A DNA stretch of 58,872 bases from Anaerofilum sp. (GTDB taxonomy: Bacteria; Bacillota; Clostridia; Oscillospirales; Ruminococcaceae): contig JAHHUF010000001.1 of assembly GCA_020024115.1 (NCBI GenBank), positions 1-58,872 on the forward strand. The letters are read 5' to 3'. This document shows, in pieces, positions 30,020 to 39,641 of the stretch. The notes under the pieces were generated by a model, which searched no databases, was not told the DNA's origin, and was given only the letters and a program-made list of their open reading frames with translations. Within the stretch, counting starts at the first letter, position 1; every line of letters starts with the position of its first letter. Both the position numbers and the translations under genes were made by a program.

Positions 30020-31153
30020 ATGGAGTTTAGTACAGAAATCAGTGCAAAGGAATTTAAACAGTTTCGATATAGCTTGTGGCAGGACAACAAAAAAAGAAAT
30101 ATCATCCATCGAATCGCACAAGTGGTTATCCTTGGAATCATCCTCATCCCATTTATTCAAATTATGCTATTGGGTATCAGCCATCATGTTTCGTTTTGGA
30201 AAATATGCAAAACCTATCCGAGATTTTTTGTTTCAAAAGGTTGGGCAACGGAACCTTTTTTTGTGTGGTTGCTGCTATTTTTTCTTACATATCCAAGAAT
30301 AATATATCTTACGAGCGGACAAAAAAAATATGAGCAATTTCTGAAAAATTTGAAAACGAAAAAAATGGTTTTTTCGGATGTTCGGGTTTGTGGATATAAT
30401 AAAGATAATACCCTGATAATGGCAATGCCATATATCAGCATCAAAAAAATAATCTGGTTGGATGATTTTGCAGCAATTATCACAAGTACCAATAATTGCT
30501 ATCCTTTGTCCTTGAAAGAGATGAATGAGTCGCAGCAAGAAGAATTTATCCATTTTGTGGAATCTATGAAGAATACCACAATTGAACTGACAAAAGAGTT
30601 GACATATTCCATTGACGATGTGGTCTGGCAGCAAGACATTCAACTGACAGAGCAACAAATTGAACAGTTTACGAAAATGTATCAAAGTGCCAATAAAAAG
30701 AACGCTTGGAAAATATTGATGTTGGCTGGTATTTGTGAGGTTTTGTTTTTTTTGGATATTTTGCGGATTTTTTCGATTGCCTTGATGATTGCTTTTTTGA
30801 TTTATGGATTGCGGTTTTTACTGCCAAAAAATCAAAAAAGAATTGTAGAAAAAACAATAAAACAAATGCCGGAATATATTGATTTTCTGTCCGGAACCAC
30901 TGTGCTGACCCCAAAAGGGATGTATCGCTATCAAAAATGTTATTATAATTTTTACCAATGGAGCCAGATGACCCACACAATCATTGGTGCAGCAGGGGTG
31001 TTGGTTATGCAAAACAATAAAACTACAGGAATGATTCCACGAAATCTATTTGAAGATGACATACAGTTTTTGCACTATGCACACTGGATTGAGCAGCAGA
31101 TTCAACAGGCAAAATCAGCAGCCAATCCTGTTCCCCTTGCACGAAAACGATAA
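30020..31153 (+). CDS. Membrane protein with two tandem TM-pair/YcxB-like modules
   Basis: Two repeats of helix-TM-TM-small beta domain (PYISIKKI / QWSQMTH...IPRNLFED); AT-rich. Confidence 0.6.
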   Translation: MEFSTEISAKEFKQFRYSLWQDNKKRNIIHRIAQVVILGIILIPFIQIMLLGISHHVSFWKICKTYPRFFVSKGWATEPFFVWLLLFFLTYPRIIYLTSGQKKYEQFLKNLKTKKMVFSDVRVCGYNKDNTLIMAMPYISIKKIIWLDDFAAIITSTNNCYPLSLKEMNESQQEEFIHFVESMKNTTIELTKELTYSIDDVVWQQDIQLTEQQIEQFTKMYQSANKKNAWKILMLAGICEVLFFLDILRIFSIALMIAFLIYGLRFLLPKNQKRIVEKTIKQMPEYIDFLSGTTVLTPKGMYRYQKCYYNFYQWSQMTHTIIGAAGVLVMQNNKTTGMIPRNLFEDDIQFLHYAHWIEQQIQQAKSAANPVPLARKR

Positions 31154-31298
31154 AGGCAAGCAGGCAAATTTTTTCAAAAATACCATTGTCAATCTTTGTT
31201 GGAAATTGTATAATAAAAGCGGAATTTGTGCCATACATGATTCTGTTTTCAGCGTGTTCTGTGTGTATGGAGTCAGATTCCGAAATAAAAAACATGAA

Positions 31299-31400
31299 AG
31301 CAGAGTAGACCGATATGCGTCAAGTGCTGTTGGAACGGGGAGTTGTCCAACAGACGAAAAGGTGGAACACCTTGCGGTATATGGGTCGCATCCCGCTGCT
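31299..31400 (+). ncRNA. THF (tetrahydrofolate) riboswitch
   Basis: AGCAGAGTAG...GCGTCAAGTG...GGGAGTTG...ACGAA...GCGG...GCATCCCGCTGCT matches the THF-I consensus; upstream of folT. Confidence 0.93.
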
Positions 31401-31473
31401 GTCTATACAGAGAAATGGAACAAAAAATGCTTTCCTGTATGCAGCAACAGATGCAAAAGGGAGGTATTTTTTT

Positions 31474-32034
31474 ATGCAATTTTTCAAACTTTTTTCCGAT
31501 TCGGCCGACAATCTCAAAAAATCCCGCACTTTGTCCATCACTGCCATGTTTGTGGCGCTGAATGTCACCTTGGATTTGCTTAATTTGCGGATTCAACTCA
31601 CCCCTGATTTGCGCATTGGCTTTGGTTTTGTTACCAGTGCAATGGTGGGAATGTTGTTTGGCCCAATTCCTGCCATGATTGCGGGAGCAGCAGGAGATAT
31701 GCTTGGATGGTTGGTGAATACAGGCGGAGGAGGATATTTCCCCGGTTTTACCATCACAGCAATTTTGGCAGGGATGATATGGGGAATGTTTCTGTATCAA
31801 AAAAAGCCAACTTTTTTGCGGTTGCTTGCGGCAAGGCTGAGCATCAGTATTTTGCTGAATATCGGCTTAAACAGCCTTTGGAAAATGATTTATTTCGGCA
31901 AAGCCTACACAGCGGCAAGTTTGCTGCTTGCAGTTTGGAAAAACCTGCTGCTGTTGTTGCCCGAAGCATTCCTTTTGTTTGTTTGTGCTAAATTCGTAGT
32001 ACGATTGGCACAACAAATGAGTATTCATAGATAA
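31474..32034 (+). CDS. folT: Folate-family ECF transporter S component
   Basis: LRIGFGF, GMLFGP, GYFPGFT; downstream of THF riboswitch; GGGAGG RBS. Confidence 0.92.
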   Translation: MQFFKLFSDSADNLKKSRTLSITAMFVALNVTLDLLNLRIQLTPDLRIGFGFVTSAMVGMLFGPIPAMIAGAAGDMLGWLVNTGGGGYFPGFTITAILAGMIWGMFLYQKKPTFLRLLAARLSISILLNIGLNSLWKMIYFGKAYTAASLLLAVWKNLLLLLPEAFLLFVCAKFVVRLAQQMSIHR

Positions 32035-32153
32035 ATTTATCAAAGCGGCAGAGATGTTTGTATACATTCTGTTGCTTTTTTGCTATAATAAAGCACAGAA
32101 GTTATTCAAGGCAAACCTGCCTTATCATTTCACAATAAAGGAGTGTATTTAAG

Positions 32154-33839
32154 ATGAAGTTTCAAGATATGCCTTATACCCGTCCCAATTTGGACAATCT
32201 TCTGGCAGGATACAAAGAACTGACTGCAAAAGCGACAGATGCAACCGCAGAACAATTGCTGGAAATCTATGCAGAGCATTGCAAGCTGAAGGCGGACTAT
32301 TCCACAGCAAATAATCTGGCATCTATTCGCCATACCTGCAACACAGAAGATGAGTTTTATGATGCAGAAAACACCTTCTATGATGAAAACGGGCCTTTGT
32401 TTAACGATGCATTGTTGGATTTTTACCGTGCAGTTTTGTCCAATGATGCAAAGGTTGCTTTGGCAGAGCGTTATGGTGACATTTTGCTGGAGAAAATGGA
32501 AGTTTTGGTAAAAAGCTCCATTCCCGAAATTTTGGCATTGCGTCAGGAAGAAAATGCACTGAGCACTGAATATGAAAAGCTGTACGCATCTGCCCGTATT
32601 CCTTTTGACGGACAAGTATTGAGTGTTGCACAGCTTGGGCCTTACAAACAAAGCCCAGACCGCAAAGTGCGTCGTGCTGCTTTTGAGGCAGAGGGAAAAT
32701 TCTTTGATGAAAACCAACAAAAGTTGGATGAAATCTATGACAAAATGGTCAAAAACCGCACCGAGCAGGCGCGTATGATGGGATATGAAAACTATATTCC
32801 TCTGGGCTATCTGCGCATGGAGCGTTTGGGCTACGGTCAGAAAGAGGTAGAGAACTACCGCCGTCAGGTTGCAGAGGATGTTGTTCCACTGGCTGCCGAG
32901 GCAATGGCACGCAAACTGAAACGAATTCAAGTTGAAGATGCAAAGTTTTATGATTTGACTGTTGAGTTTTTGGACGGCAACCCTGTTCCTCATGGCACTC
33001 CGGAAGAAATTTTGGCAGCCGGCAAGCGTATGTACCATGAATTAAGCCCAGAAACTGCAAAGTTTATTGATACCATGATGGACAACGGGCTGTTTGATGT
33101 GCTTTCTCGCCCCGGCAAAGCACCCGGTGGATATTGCACTGAGCTTTCCAACTATCGCTGTCCCTTCATCTTCTCCAACTTCAACGGTACCAGCGGTGAT
33201 GTTGATGTGCTGACCCACGAGGCAGGTCATGCCTTTGCTGCACACACTGCCTTTGAGTTGAATCTGCCTTCTGAGTTGATGAGCCCCGGTTTGGAAAGCT
33301 GTGAAATCCATTCTATGAGCATGGAGTTTTTGACTGGCCCATATCATCACTATTTCTTTGAGCAGGATACCCCTAAATATGAACTGGCTCATGCAGAAGA
33401 TGCTTTATTCTTCATTCCTTACGGCTGTATGGTGGATGAGTTCCAGCATATTGTATATGGCAATCCCGAGATGACCCCTGCTCAGCGCAATGAAGCATGG
33501 TTGAAGTTGGAAGAAAAATATCGCCCATGGATTGACTTTGATGCACTGCCATTCTATGGCAGAGGTGCAGGCTGGCAGCGTCAATTGCACATCTATGAGA
33601 TGCCTTTCTACTATATCGACTATTGTCTGGCACAAACAGTTGCATTGCAGTTCTTTGCTGCATGGGTGAAAGACCCCAAAGACGCATGGCAGCGTTATTT
33701 GGCTTTGGTGCGTCAAGGTGGAACCAAATCATACGCAGGTTTGGTAGAGTCGGCAGGCTTTGCTGTTCCGTTTGAAAATGGTTCTTTGGCACCTGTTGCA
33801 AAAGATGTTGCGGATTGGATTGCAAACAATCAGGTTTAA
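32154..33839 (+). CDS. M3-family oligoendopeptidase
   Basis: HEAGH zinc motif, EIHSMSME, PFYYIDY. Confidence 0.93.
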   Translation: MKFQDMPYTRPNLDNLLAGYKELTAKATDATAEQLLEIYAEHCKLKADYSTANNLASIRHTCNTEDEFYDAENTFYDENGPLFNDALLDFYRAVLSNDAKVALAERYGDILLEKMEVLVKSSIPEILALRQEENALSTEYEKLYASARIPFDGQVLSVAQLGPYKQSPDRKVRRAAFEAEGKFFDENQQKLDEIYDKMVKNRTEQARMMGYENYIPLGYLRMERLGYGQKEVENYRRQVAEDVVPLAAEAMARKLKRIQVEDAKFYDLTVEFLDGNPVPHGTPEEILAAGKRMYHELSPETAKFIDTMMDNGLFDVLSRPGKAPGGYCTELSNYRCPFIFSNFNGTSGDVDVLTHEAGHAFAAHTAFELNLPSELMSPGLESCEIHSMSMEFLTGPYHHYFFEQDTPKYELAHAEDALFFIPYGCMVDEFQHIVYGNPEMTPAQRNEAWLKLEEKYRPWIDFDALPFYGRGAGWQRQLHIYEMPFYYIDYCLAQTVALQFFAAWVKDPKDAWQRYLALVRQGGTKSYAGLVESAGFAVPFENGSLAPVAKDVADWIANNQV

Positions 33840-33927
33840 TGAAACTTAAAAAGATGTTTTAATACAGAAAAGGCTCTGCCCAATCATTTGGGACAGAGCC
33901 TTTTTGTACAGTCAAGTATATGCTGTT

Positions 33928-34220
33928 TTAGTGCCCTCTGTGTTTGGCTTTTCGTTTCTCTTGCCGCAGAGCAAATTGGCGTTTGTTTTCAATTTCACGC
34001 TTTTCTCGAAAAAATTTTTTTCGTTCAACCCTTTGCTGCTCTTGCTGAAGTTTGAATGCCTGTTGCGCTTTTGTGCTGATGCCCTGTTGTAATTCGCTGC
34101 GAATTTTGCGTTGTTGTCGTTTGGGGTTGATTTTGCCATCGACACACATTCTCGTTCATAGATGCCAATCCAAAACGGAGCTTCAAAACATACAGTCAAT
34201 TTTGCAATACACTTGTCCAT
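33928..34220 (-). pseudogene. yjdF: yjdF (DUF2992) pseudogene: frameshift plus internal deletion
   Basis: N-terminus MDKCIAKLTVCFEAPFWIGIYERE in one frame and C-terminus DGKINPKRQQR...STKAQQA.K...KRKAKHRGH in another; central part missing. Confidence 0.85.
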
Positions 34221-34244
34221 AACAGTTCCTCCTTTTATCTTTCC

Positions 34245-34330
34245 AACAGAGAATGACAACCAAGGAGGCAGGTTACTGACAGTATATACCGCGCTCGGAC
34301 TACCAACCGAGCCGTGTTTTTATCTCTGTT
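34245..34330 (-). ncRNA. yjdF (azaaromatic) riboswitch
   Basis: AAAAACACGGCTCGGTTGGTAGTCCGAGCGC...GTCAGTAACCTGCCTCCTTGGTTGTC closed by AACAGAGA/TCTCTGTT; directly 5' of yjdF. Confidence 0.93.
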
Positions 34331-34463
34331 TTTATTGTATCACAAAGCTGAAGAATTCGCGATAGATTCTTTCCTGTCATTAAAACGAAAAAAGCACACA
34401 ACAGCAAAAAGTTAAATTGCGGGGTATATTCTTACATAAAAATGTAGTTTTTAGTGATTGGAT

Positions 34464-35105
34464 TTAATATCCCAATGGCTCTGCTACCAAAATCACCTTA
34501 ATGCGGTTGGGGATGCGCTGGAATTGATGCACTACTGTGGTGCAGCAAATGCGCTCAGGGCTACGGCAGTCGACACAATGTCCGGTTGTTGCACAAGGGG
34601 TTTTGCGCTCCAGACGGTGTGCATTGGCAGGTGCTGCAATGGATTCCAGCCGTTCTTTTGCCTGTTCCAGATTTGCCACAATCTTATTGCAGCCTACAAC
34701 ACAGATTACACTTTTGGGCCCAAAACACATGGCAGCCACACGGTTTGCATTTCCGTCAACATTGTACAATTCTCCTTGTTCTGTCACAGCGTTACAACTG
34801 GTCAGATAGCAGTCAGCCGAAAATACCTTGCGGTACATTTCGTCAATTTGTTCAGCAGTCAGTCCTTGACGGTCAAGAAAATTATACTCACCACTGCGCA
34901 GCAGGTTCATCACACCGGCTTGCTCCAATGTAACACTGCCACCACAGGAAACAGTTGAATTTTTGGGCAAAAGAGTTTTGACCAGTTCCAGTGCTTCTTC
35001 TGCATTTTGGGCATAAAAAGTCTGCATATTGTTCTTTTCCAGCATCTCCATAGTGCGACGAATTTGTTTTTCTACCACAAAGGATACAGGTGCAGAGGTA
35101 TTCAT
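34464..35105 (-). CDS. Lactate utilization protein (LutC/YkgG, LUD domain)
   Basis: GGSVTL, NAVTEQGELYNVDGNANRV, PCATTGHCVDCRSPERIC. Confidence 0.88.
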   Translation of the reverse strand: MNTSAPVSFVVEKQIRRTMEMLEKNNMQTFYAQNAEEALELVKTLLPKNSTVSCGGSVTLEQAGVMNLLRSGEYNFLDRQGLTAEQIDEMYRKVFSADCYLTSCNAVTEQGELYNVDGNANRVAAMCFGPKSVICVVGCNKIVANLEQAKERLESIAAPANAHRLERKTPCATTGHCVDCRSPERICCTTVVHQFQRIPNRIKVILVAEPLGY

Positions 35106-35121
35106 GATAAAATTGCTCCTT

Positions 35122-36111
35122 TTATTTTATTTTTAATGCTCTCTGAACACGGTAGATAATGTACTGTATCAATCCAACAATCAGCCAAACCTGAACCAAA
35201 ATATAGTTTGGGATATTTTTCAGGCGAAAGGGTGGCTTTTGGAGTTTGCGGATGGTTTTTAGAGCCTCTTTAAACCCCTGACCATAGGCAGAGCCAAAAC
35301 CACGCATACGGAACATAACTGTTTTCATCAAATAACCAAGCAGCAAAAAGGGCAAATTTAGAATCAGCATAAGAAAAGGCATATTTTTATAGGGTAATAG
35401 AATACTGTTTCTGCCACTCTGAATACTTTTGAATGGGTTGTATCGCACTGCGCCGGTGGTTGCCCCGCAGATATGATAACACTTTGCAGTGGGACAATAT
35501 ACATTTTTGTAGCCAAAGTTGTTGGCACGCCAGCTAATGTCTACATCCTCATAGTATGCGAAAAAGGTTTCGTCAAACAAACCGATTTTATCCAAAATGG
35601 ATTTTCGGTACAAAGCAGCACCCCCACAAGCAGAAAATACACGGCAAGGCTTTGTGTAGCGGCTTGCCTTCATGCCGTCGCCACGCTTGCAGGCAAAGCC
35701 CAACAAGGTGACATAATCCCCTGCATCGTCTGCCAAATCACGCTCAAAATGGCGAATCATCAGGCTGGAAACAGCAAAAATGCGTTTGTCTTTGTCCGCA
35801 GCGGCAATGAGATTTTCCAGCCAGTCGGGTTCAGCAAAAGCGTCATTGTTGAACAGTGCAACATATTCGCCTTTTGCCCGTTTGATGCCCTGATTAACGG
35901 CATAAGAAAAGCCAGTGTTGGTGTCGTTTTCAATCAAAGTGTAGTTGTTTCTGCCCACATAGCTTTGGGCAATGGCTTTGCTTTCGTCGGTGGAGGCGTT
36001 GTCGATAACAATCAGCTCAAAATCCTGCATTGTTTGTGCAAAAATAGACTCAATGCTGTCTTTTAGCCAACCAGCACCATTCAAGTTTGGAATGACTACA
36101 GTTGCTTTCAT
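35122..36111 (-). CDS. Glycosyltransferase family 2
   Basis: VVIPNLNG, IDNASTD, NTGFSYAVNQG, FNND, YYEDVD; AAGGAG RBS. Confidence 0.93.
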   Translation of the reverse strand: MKATVVIPNLNGAGWLKDSIESIFAQTMQDFELIVIDNASTDESKAIAQSYVGRNNYTLIENDTNTGFSYAVNQGIKRAKGEYVALFNNDAFAEPDWLENLIAAADKDKRIFAVSSLMIRHFERDLADDAGDYVTLLGFACKRGDGMKASRYTKPCRVFSACGGAALYRKSILDKIGLFDETFFAYYEDVDISWRANNFGYKNVYCPTAKCYHICGATTGAVRYNPFKSIQSGRNSILLPYKNMPFLMLILNLPFLLLGYLMKTVMFRMRGFGSAYGQGFKEALKTIRKLQKPPFRLKNIPNYILVQVWLIVGLIQYIIYRVQRALKIK

Positions 36112-36246
36112 AGAGGTTTCTCCTTTTTTATTAGTAATCTTATTGTACTCTAAACAGAAGGGTTCCTGCAAGGGTGCATATAGCACAATAAATCTTTGTT
36201 TTTGAAAAAAATGTATGATACAATGAACAAGGAAAGGGGAGATTGT

Positions 36247-37029
36247 ATGAATCCTTTGGCACATGTGCAGTTGTATTTGCTGGATATGGACGGTACTTTC
36301 TATCTGGATGATGTGTTGCTGCCCGGTGCGTTGGATTTTTTGGAAAAGGTGCGCCAAACAAATAGGCAATTTTTATTTGTGACAAATAATTCTTCCAAAA
36401 ATATCAACACCTATTGGGAAAAGCTGAACCGTTTGGGAGCGGCAGTGGAAAAAGAGGATTTTTTCGGTTCTGCGGATGCGACTGTGATGTATCTGAAAAA
36501 GTATTATGATTTTAAGGATATTTTGCTGATTGGCACAAAAGATTTGGAGCAGCAGTTTGAAAAAGCGGGGTATTGTTTGAATTGCCAAAACCCCAAAGCG
36601 GTTGTGCTGGGGTTTGACACCACCATTGACTACCACAAACTGACCATCCTTTGTGATGCCGTGCGTGCAGGGTTGCCTTATATTGCCACCCATCCTGACC
36701 TCAACTGTCCTGTGAAAGATGGGTTTATTCCGGATATTGGGGCAGTAATTGCTTTTGTAAAAGCAGCAACAGGCAGAGAGCCGGATGTGATAGCAGGAAA
36801 GCCTAACCCATGGATTGCTTTGGCGGCTGCCCAAAAAGCAAATTGCAGCATTGAGCAGGTTTGCATGGTGGGGGACAGGCTTTACACAGATATTGCATTG
36901 GGGCAAAACTGCAACTTGAAAACAGCATTGGTTTTGTGCGGCGAAACAACCCCGGAGCAAGCCAAAGCAAGCAACATTAAGGCAACTGTGACAGTGCAGA
37001 ATTTGAAAGAATTGATAAAATATTTGTAA
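36247..37029 (+). CDS. HAD-IIA hydrolase (NagD-like)
   Basis: LDMDGT, VTNNSSK, GKP, VGDRLYTDI. Confidence 0.93.
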   Translation: MNPLAHVQLYLLDMDGTFYLDDVLLPGALDFLEKVRQTNRQFLFVTNNSSKNINTYWEKLNRLGAAVEKEDFFGSADATVMYLKKYYDFKDILLIGTKDLEQQFEKAGYCLNCQNPKAVVLGFDTTIDYHKLTILCDAVRAGLPYIATHPDLNCPVKDGFIPDIGAVIAFVKAATGREPDVIAGKPNPWIALAAAQKANCSIEQVCMVGDRLYTDIALGQNCNLKTALVLCGETTPEQAKASNIKATVTVQNLKELIKYL

Positions 37030-37166
37030 AAATAAAAAACATTTAATAGCGAATTATCGTATTATTTTGTTTTTTTTAAAAATCTTTTTTAAAATGTGTT
37101 GACTTTTTTGAAAAAGTATGGTATCATTCATCTTGCGTTGTTCAGTAAGTTTTGAAGCAACCATGA

Positions 37167-37253
37167 GGAGAGGTGTCCGAGTGGTTTAAGGAGCTGGTCT
37201 TGAAAACCAGTGACCCGACAGGGCCGTGGGTTCGAATCCCACCCTCTCCGCCA
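37167..37253 (+). tRNA. tRNA-Ser(TGA)
   Basis: Cloverleaf with long variable arm; CTGGT-CT-TGA-AA-ACCAG; encoded CCA; TTGACT-17-TATCAT promoter upstream. Confidence 0.97.
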
Positions 37254-37296
37254 ACACCTTTACGAAAAGTAAATACTTACGCAATCACTTTGCTCT

Positions 37297-37387
37297 GGAG
37301 AAGTACTCAAGAGGTCGAAGAGGCGCCCCTGCTAAGGGCGTAGGTCGGGTAACCGGCGCGAGGGTTCAAATCCCTCCTTCTCCGCCA
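37297..37387 (+). tRNA. tRNA-Ser(GCT)
   Basis: CGCCC-CT-GCT-AA-GGGCG anticodon arm, long variable arm, CCA; terminator follows at about 37388-37424. Confidence 0.97.
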
Positions 37388-37544
37388 AAAAGCACAGCAT
37401 GAAAATGCTGTGCTTTTATTTTTTGTTATAAAACCAAAAGGTGTATTTTATTTGCGTTTGTTGATGACAGATGTTATAATTCCAGTAGAATAGTTTGCAG
37501 AATCGGTGCTGGTTTTGCAGATATAAAAAAATAGGAGGATTAGT

Positions 37545-38126
37545 ATGATACAAACAAAACAGAATTGGAAAAAAGCTGTGATGTTACTTTGTATAATAGG
37601 CGGCATCAGTATTTTATCGCTGGACTTAGCAGAATTTAAAATCATAAAATATATAATGATTGAATTGCTTTTCATGGCAGGACTTTTGCTTTTTGTGGAT
37701 GCAAATTCTGTGAAAAGAAATTTGTATGGCAAATGGACAGCGTTTGTTAGTGTTGGATGTAATCTTGTGTTGCCAATCCTCTATTTTGCTTTCTTTTTCT
37801 TTGTGTTATATGGTAATCATCAAATAGACTCTGCTTTAGTCAGTTTGGTGTTGATTCAAGCAACCCGTGTTTTAGCGGTTTTGTTCGGTGTTGGGGTGTT
37901 CGCAACTTCAGTAATAACTGTTTTGAAGGATTCTTCTTATCTTTATGCTTGTATCGGTTTTCAAAATTTATTGTTGTTTTTGCTCACCAATAAAATATTA
38001 GCCGGCATCTTTATAAGTAAAAGTCAGTCTGTTTCTATTTTTTTAATTCTGCTTACAGTGTATATCATTGGGCTTGCACTGCTTTTATTCGCAAGGTCTT
38101 GGATGGAAAGAAGAAATCACGCTTGA
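37545..38126 (+). CDS. Hypothetical integral membrane protein
   Basis: AGGAGG RBS; about 6 hydrophobic segments; AT-rich; lies between tRNA genes. Confidence 0.75.
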   Translation: MIQTKQNWKKAVMLLCIIGGISILSLDLAEFKIIKYIMIELLFMAGLLLFVDANSVKRNLYGKWTAFVSVGCNLVLPILYFAFFFFVLYGNHQIDSALVSLVLIQATRVLAVLFGVGVFATSVITVLKDSSYLYACIGFQNLLLFLLTNKILAGIFISKSQSVSIFLILLTVYIIGLALLLFARSWMERRNHA

Positions 38127-38140
38127 ATGATAGATAAAAG

Positions 38141-38179
38141 AAAACAACCTGTCAATCCATTGGATTGACAGGTTGTTTT
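38141..38179. terminator. Bidirectional terminator
   Basis: AAAACAACCTGTCAATCC-ATT-GGATTGACAGGTTGTTTT. Confidence 0.8.
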
Positions 38180-38182
38180 GCT

Positions 38183-38259
38183 TGGTGGGCCATTCAGGAC
38201 TTGAACCCGAGACCTATCGGTTATGAGCCGACAGCTCTGACCAGCTGAGCTAATGGCCC
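38183..38259 (-). tRNA. tRNA-Ile2(CAT, lysidine-modified) rather than Met
   Basis: GGGCCATTAGCTCAGCTGGTCAGAGC...GGCTCATAACC...GGCCCACCA; body resembles Firmicute tRNA-Ile2. Confidence 0.85.
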
Positions 38260-38330
38260 TTGTAGGGTGCTTAAATGCACCTCATTATTATATCAGAAAG
38301 TTTATCAAAAGAAAAGACCTTTTTCAAATT

Positions 38331-39641
38331 TTATTTTGTTGCAAATGCAGTTGCATGAGTAGATTGCAGTGTGTTTGTGTCATTAGAAGCCTGCAATCGC
38401 TCTTTTGCAACAGCGAGCATCAATTTAATGCGGTTTTCTTGGTTGACACGAGTAGCACTGGGGTCGTAGTCAATGGGGGTGATGTTTGCGTGCGGATAAA
38501 ATGCCCGCAGTTTGTTAATCATCCCTTTTCCGGAAATATGATTCGGAAGGCATCCAAAAGGCTGTGTACACACAATGTTTTCAAAGCCACTGACAATCAG
38601 TTCTGCCATTTCGGCAGTCAGCAGCCAACCTTCGCCCATTTTTGTGCCATAGCCAATCAACCCAGCTGACATTTTTTTGACCTCTAAGAATGGTGTGGGA
38701 GGTCGCAGACCGTACTTGCGAATACTGCTTGCCATGTGTTGCTCACTGCTGTCTAGGTAATGCAATGCAAAATCAGACAGCCATACCATAAATGGATTTC
38801 CGCCATAAAGTTTTATTGTTTCGCCCATATTAGAGATACAATACTGCACAAATCCCATCAAACCGGGAACATTCACTTCGCACCCTTCGGATGCCAAAAA
38901 ATCCTCCAGATGGTTGTTGCCAAGAGGGGAATATTTGACATAAATTTCCCCAACAATTCCAACCTTTGGCTTGGGAACCACAGTGTGAGGAATAGATGCA
39001 AAATCGGCTGCAATTTTGTCGAAGTTCTTTTTGACAGCCGAATGAGAAATTCCCTTTCCCTGTCGAAATTCACTGCACAAATCTTGAATCCATTTTTGTG
39101 TTAGCTGCTCTGTCATACCAGAGGTTTGTTCATAGGGAGAAATTTGGTTTTTTAGGCACATCAGCATATCACTATATAAAATTGCAGCAAGCAGCTTTTT
39201 TGCCATAGGAATGGTGATGGAAAAACCACTGTCAGCCTCCAGTCCGCTGAAATTCAGACTTGCAACAGGAATCTGACCAAAGCCTGCTTTCTGCAAGGCT
39301 TTTCGTAAAAGATAGATGTAGTTGGATGCACGGCATCCACCGCCTGTTTGGGTAATCAGCAAAGCGGTGCGGTCAAGGTCGTATCTGCCGCTTTTCAGTG
39401 CAGTGATAAACTGTCCAATGACAAGCAAGGCAGGATAGCAGGTGTCGTTGTGCACATATTTTAACCCTTCTTGTGCAATCTGTGGGCCGTCGTCCTGTAA
39501 AATTTCTGCTTGATAGCCTTCATCTTCTAAAATATGCTGCAACATGGAAAAATGCAAAGGTGCCATGTTGGGAATCAGAATTTTGTGGGTGGACTTCATT
39601 TCTTTGGTGAATTTTGGGGGTGTGTGTGAACTGTCAGTCAT
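38331..39641 (-). CDS. 2-hydroxyacyl-CoA dehydratase-related protein (DUF2229-type)
   Basis: HNDTCYP, QTGGGCRASNY, VGEIYVK, QPFGCLPNH; coupled to the upstream activase. Confidence 0.85.
   Translation of the reverse strand: MTDSSHTPPKFTKEMKSTHKILIPNMAPLHFSMLQHILEDEGYQAEILQDDGPQIAQEGLKYVHNDTCYPALLVIGQFITALKSGRYDLDRTALLITQTGGGCRASNYIYLLRKALQKAGFGQIPVASLNFSGLEADSGFSITIPMAKKLLAAILYSDMLMCLKNQISPYEQTSGMTEQLTQKWIQDLCSEFRQGKGISHSAVKKNFDKIAADFASIPHTVVPKPKVGIVGEIYVKYSPLGNNHLEDFLASEGCEVNVPGLMGFVQYCISNMGETIKLYGGNPFMVWLSDFALHYLDSSEQHMASSIRKYGLRPPTPFLEVKKMSAGLIGYGTKMGEGWLLTAEMAELIVSGFENIVCTQPFGCLPNHISGKGMINKLRAFYPHANITPIDYDPSATRVNQENRIKLMLAVAKERLQASNDTNTLQSTHATAFATK

Noticed and set aside
31315..31473. N-terminal extension of FolT in the ORF track (similar extensions on aroF, the 24809 ECF gene, DJ-1 and others)
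   Set aside because: Overlaps riboswitch, attenuator or MITE sequence; RBS-supported starts are downstream
37545..38126. AT-rich orphan between tRNAs (also 56906-57391) as an integrated element
   Set aside because: No integrase and no duplicated tRNA 3' end seen
38183..38259. tRNA with CAT anticodon as tRNA-Met/fMet
   Set aside because: Lacks the C1:A72 mismatch and the three G-C anticodon pairs of fMet; body fits Ile2 better
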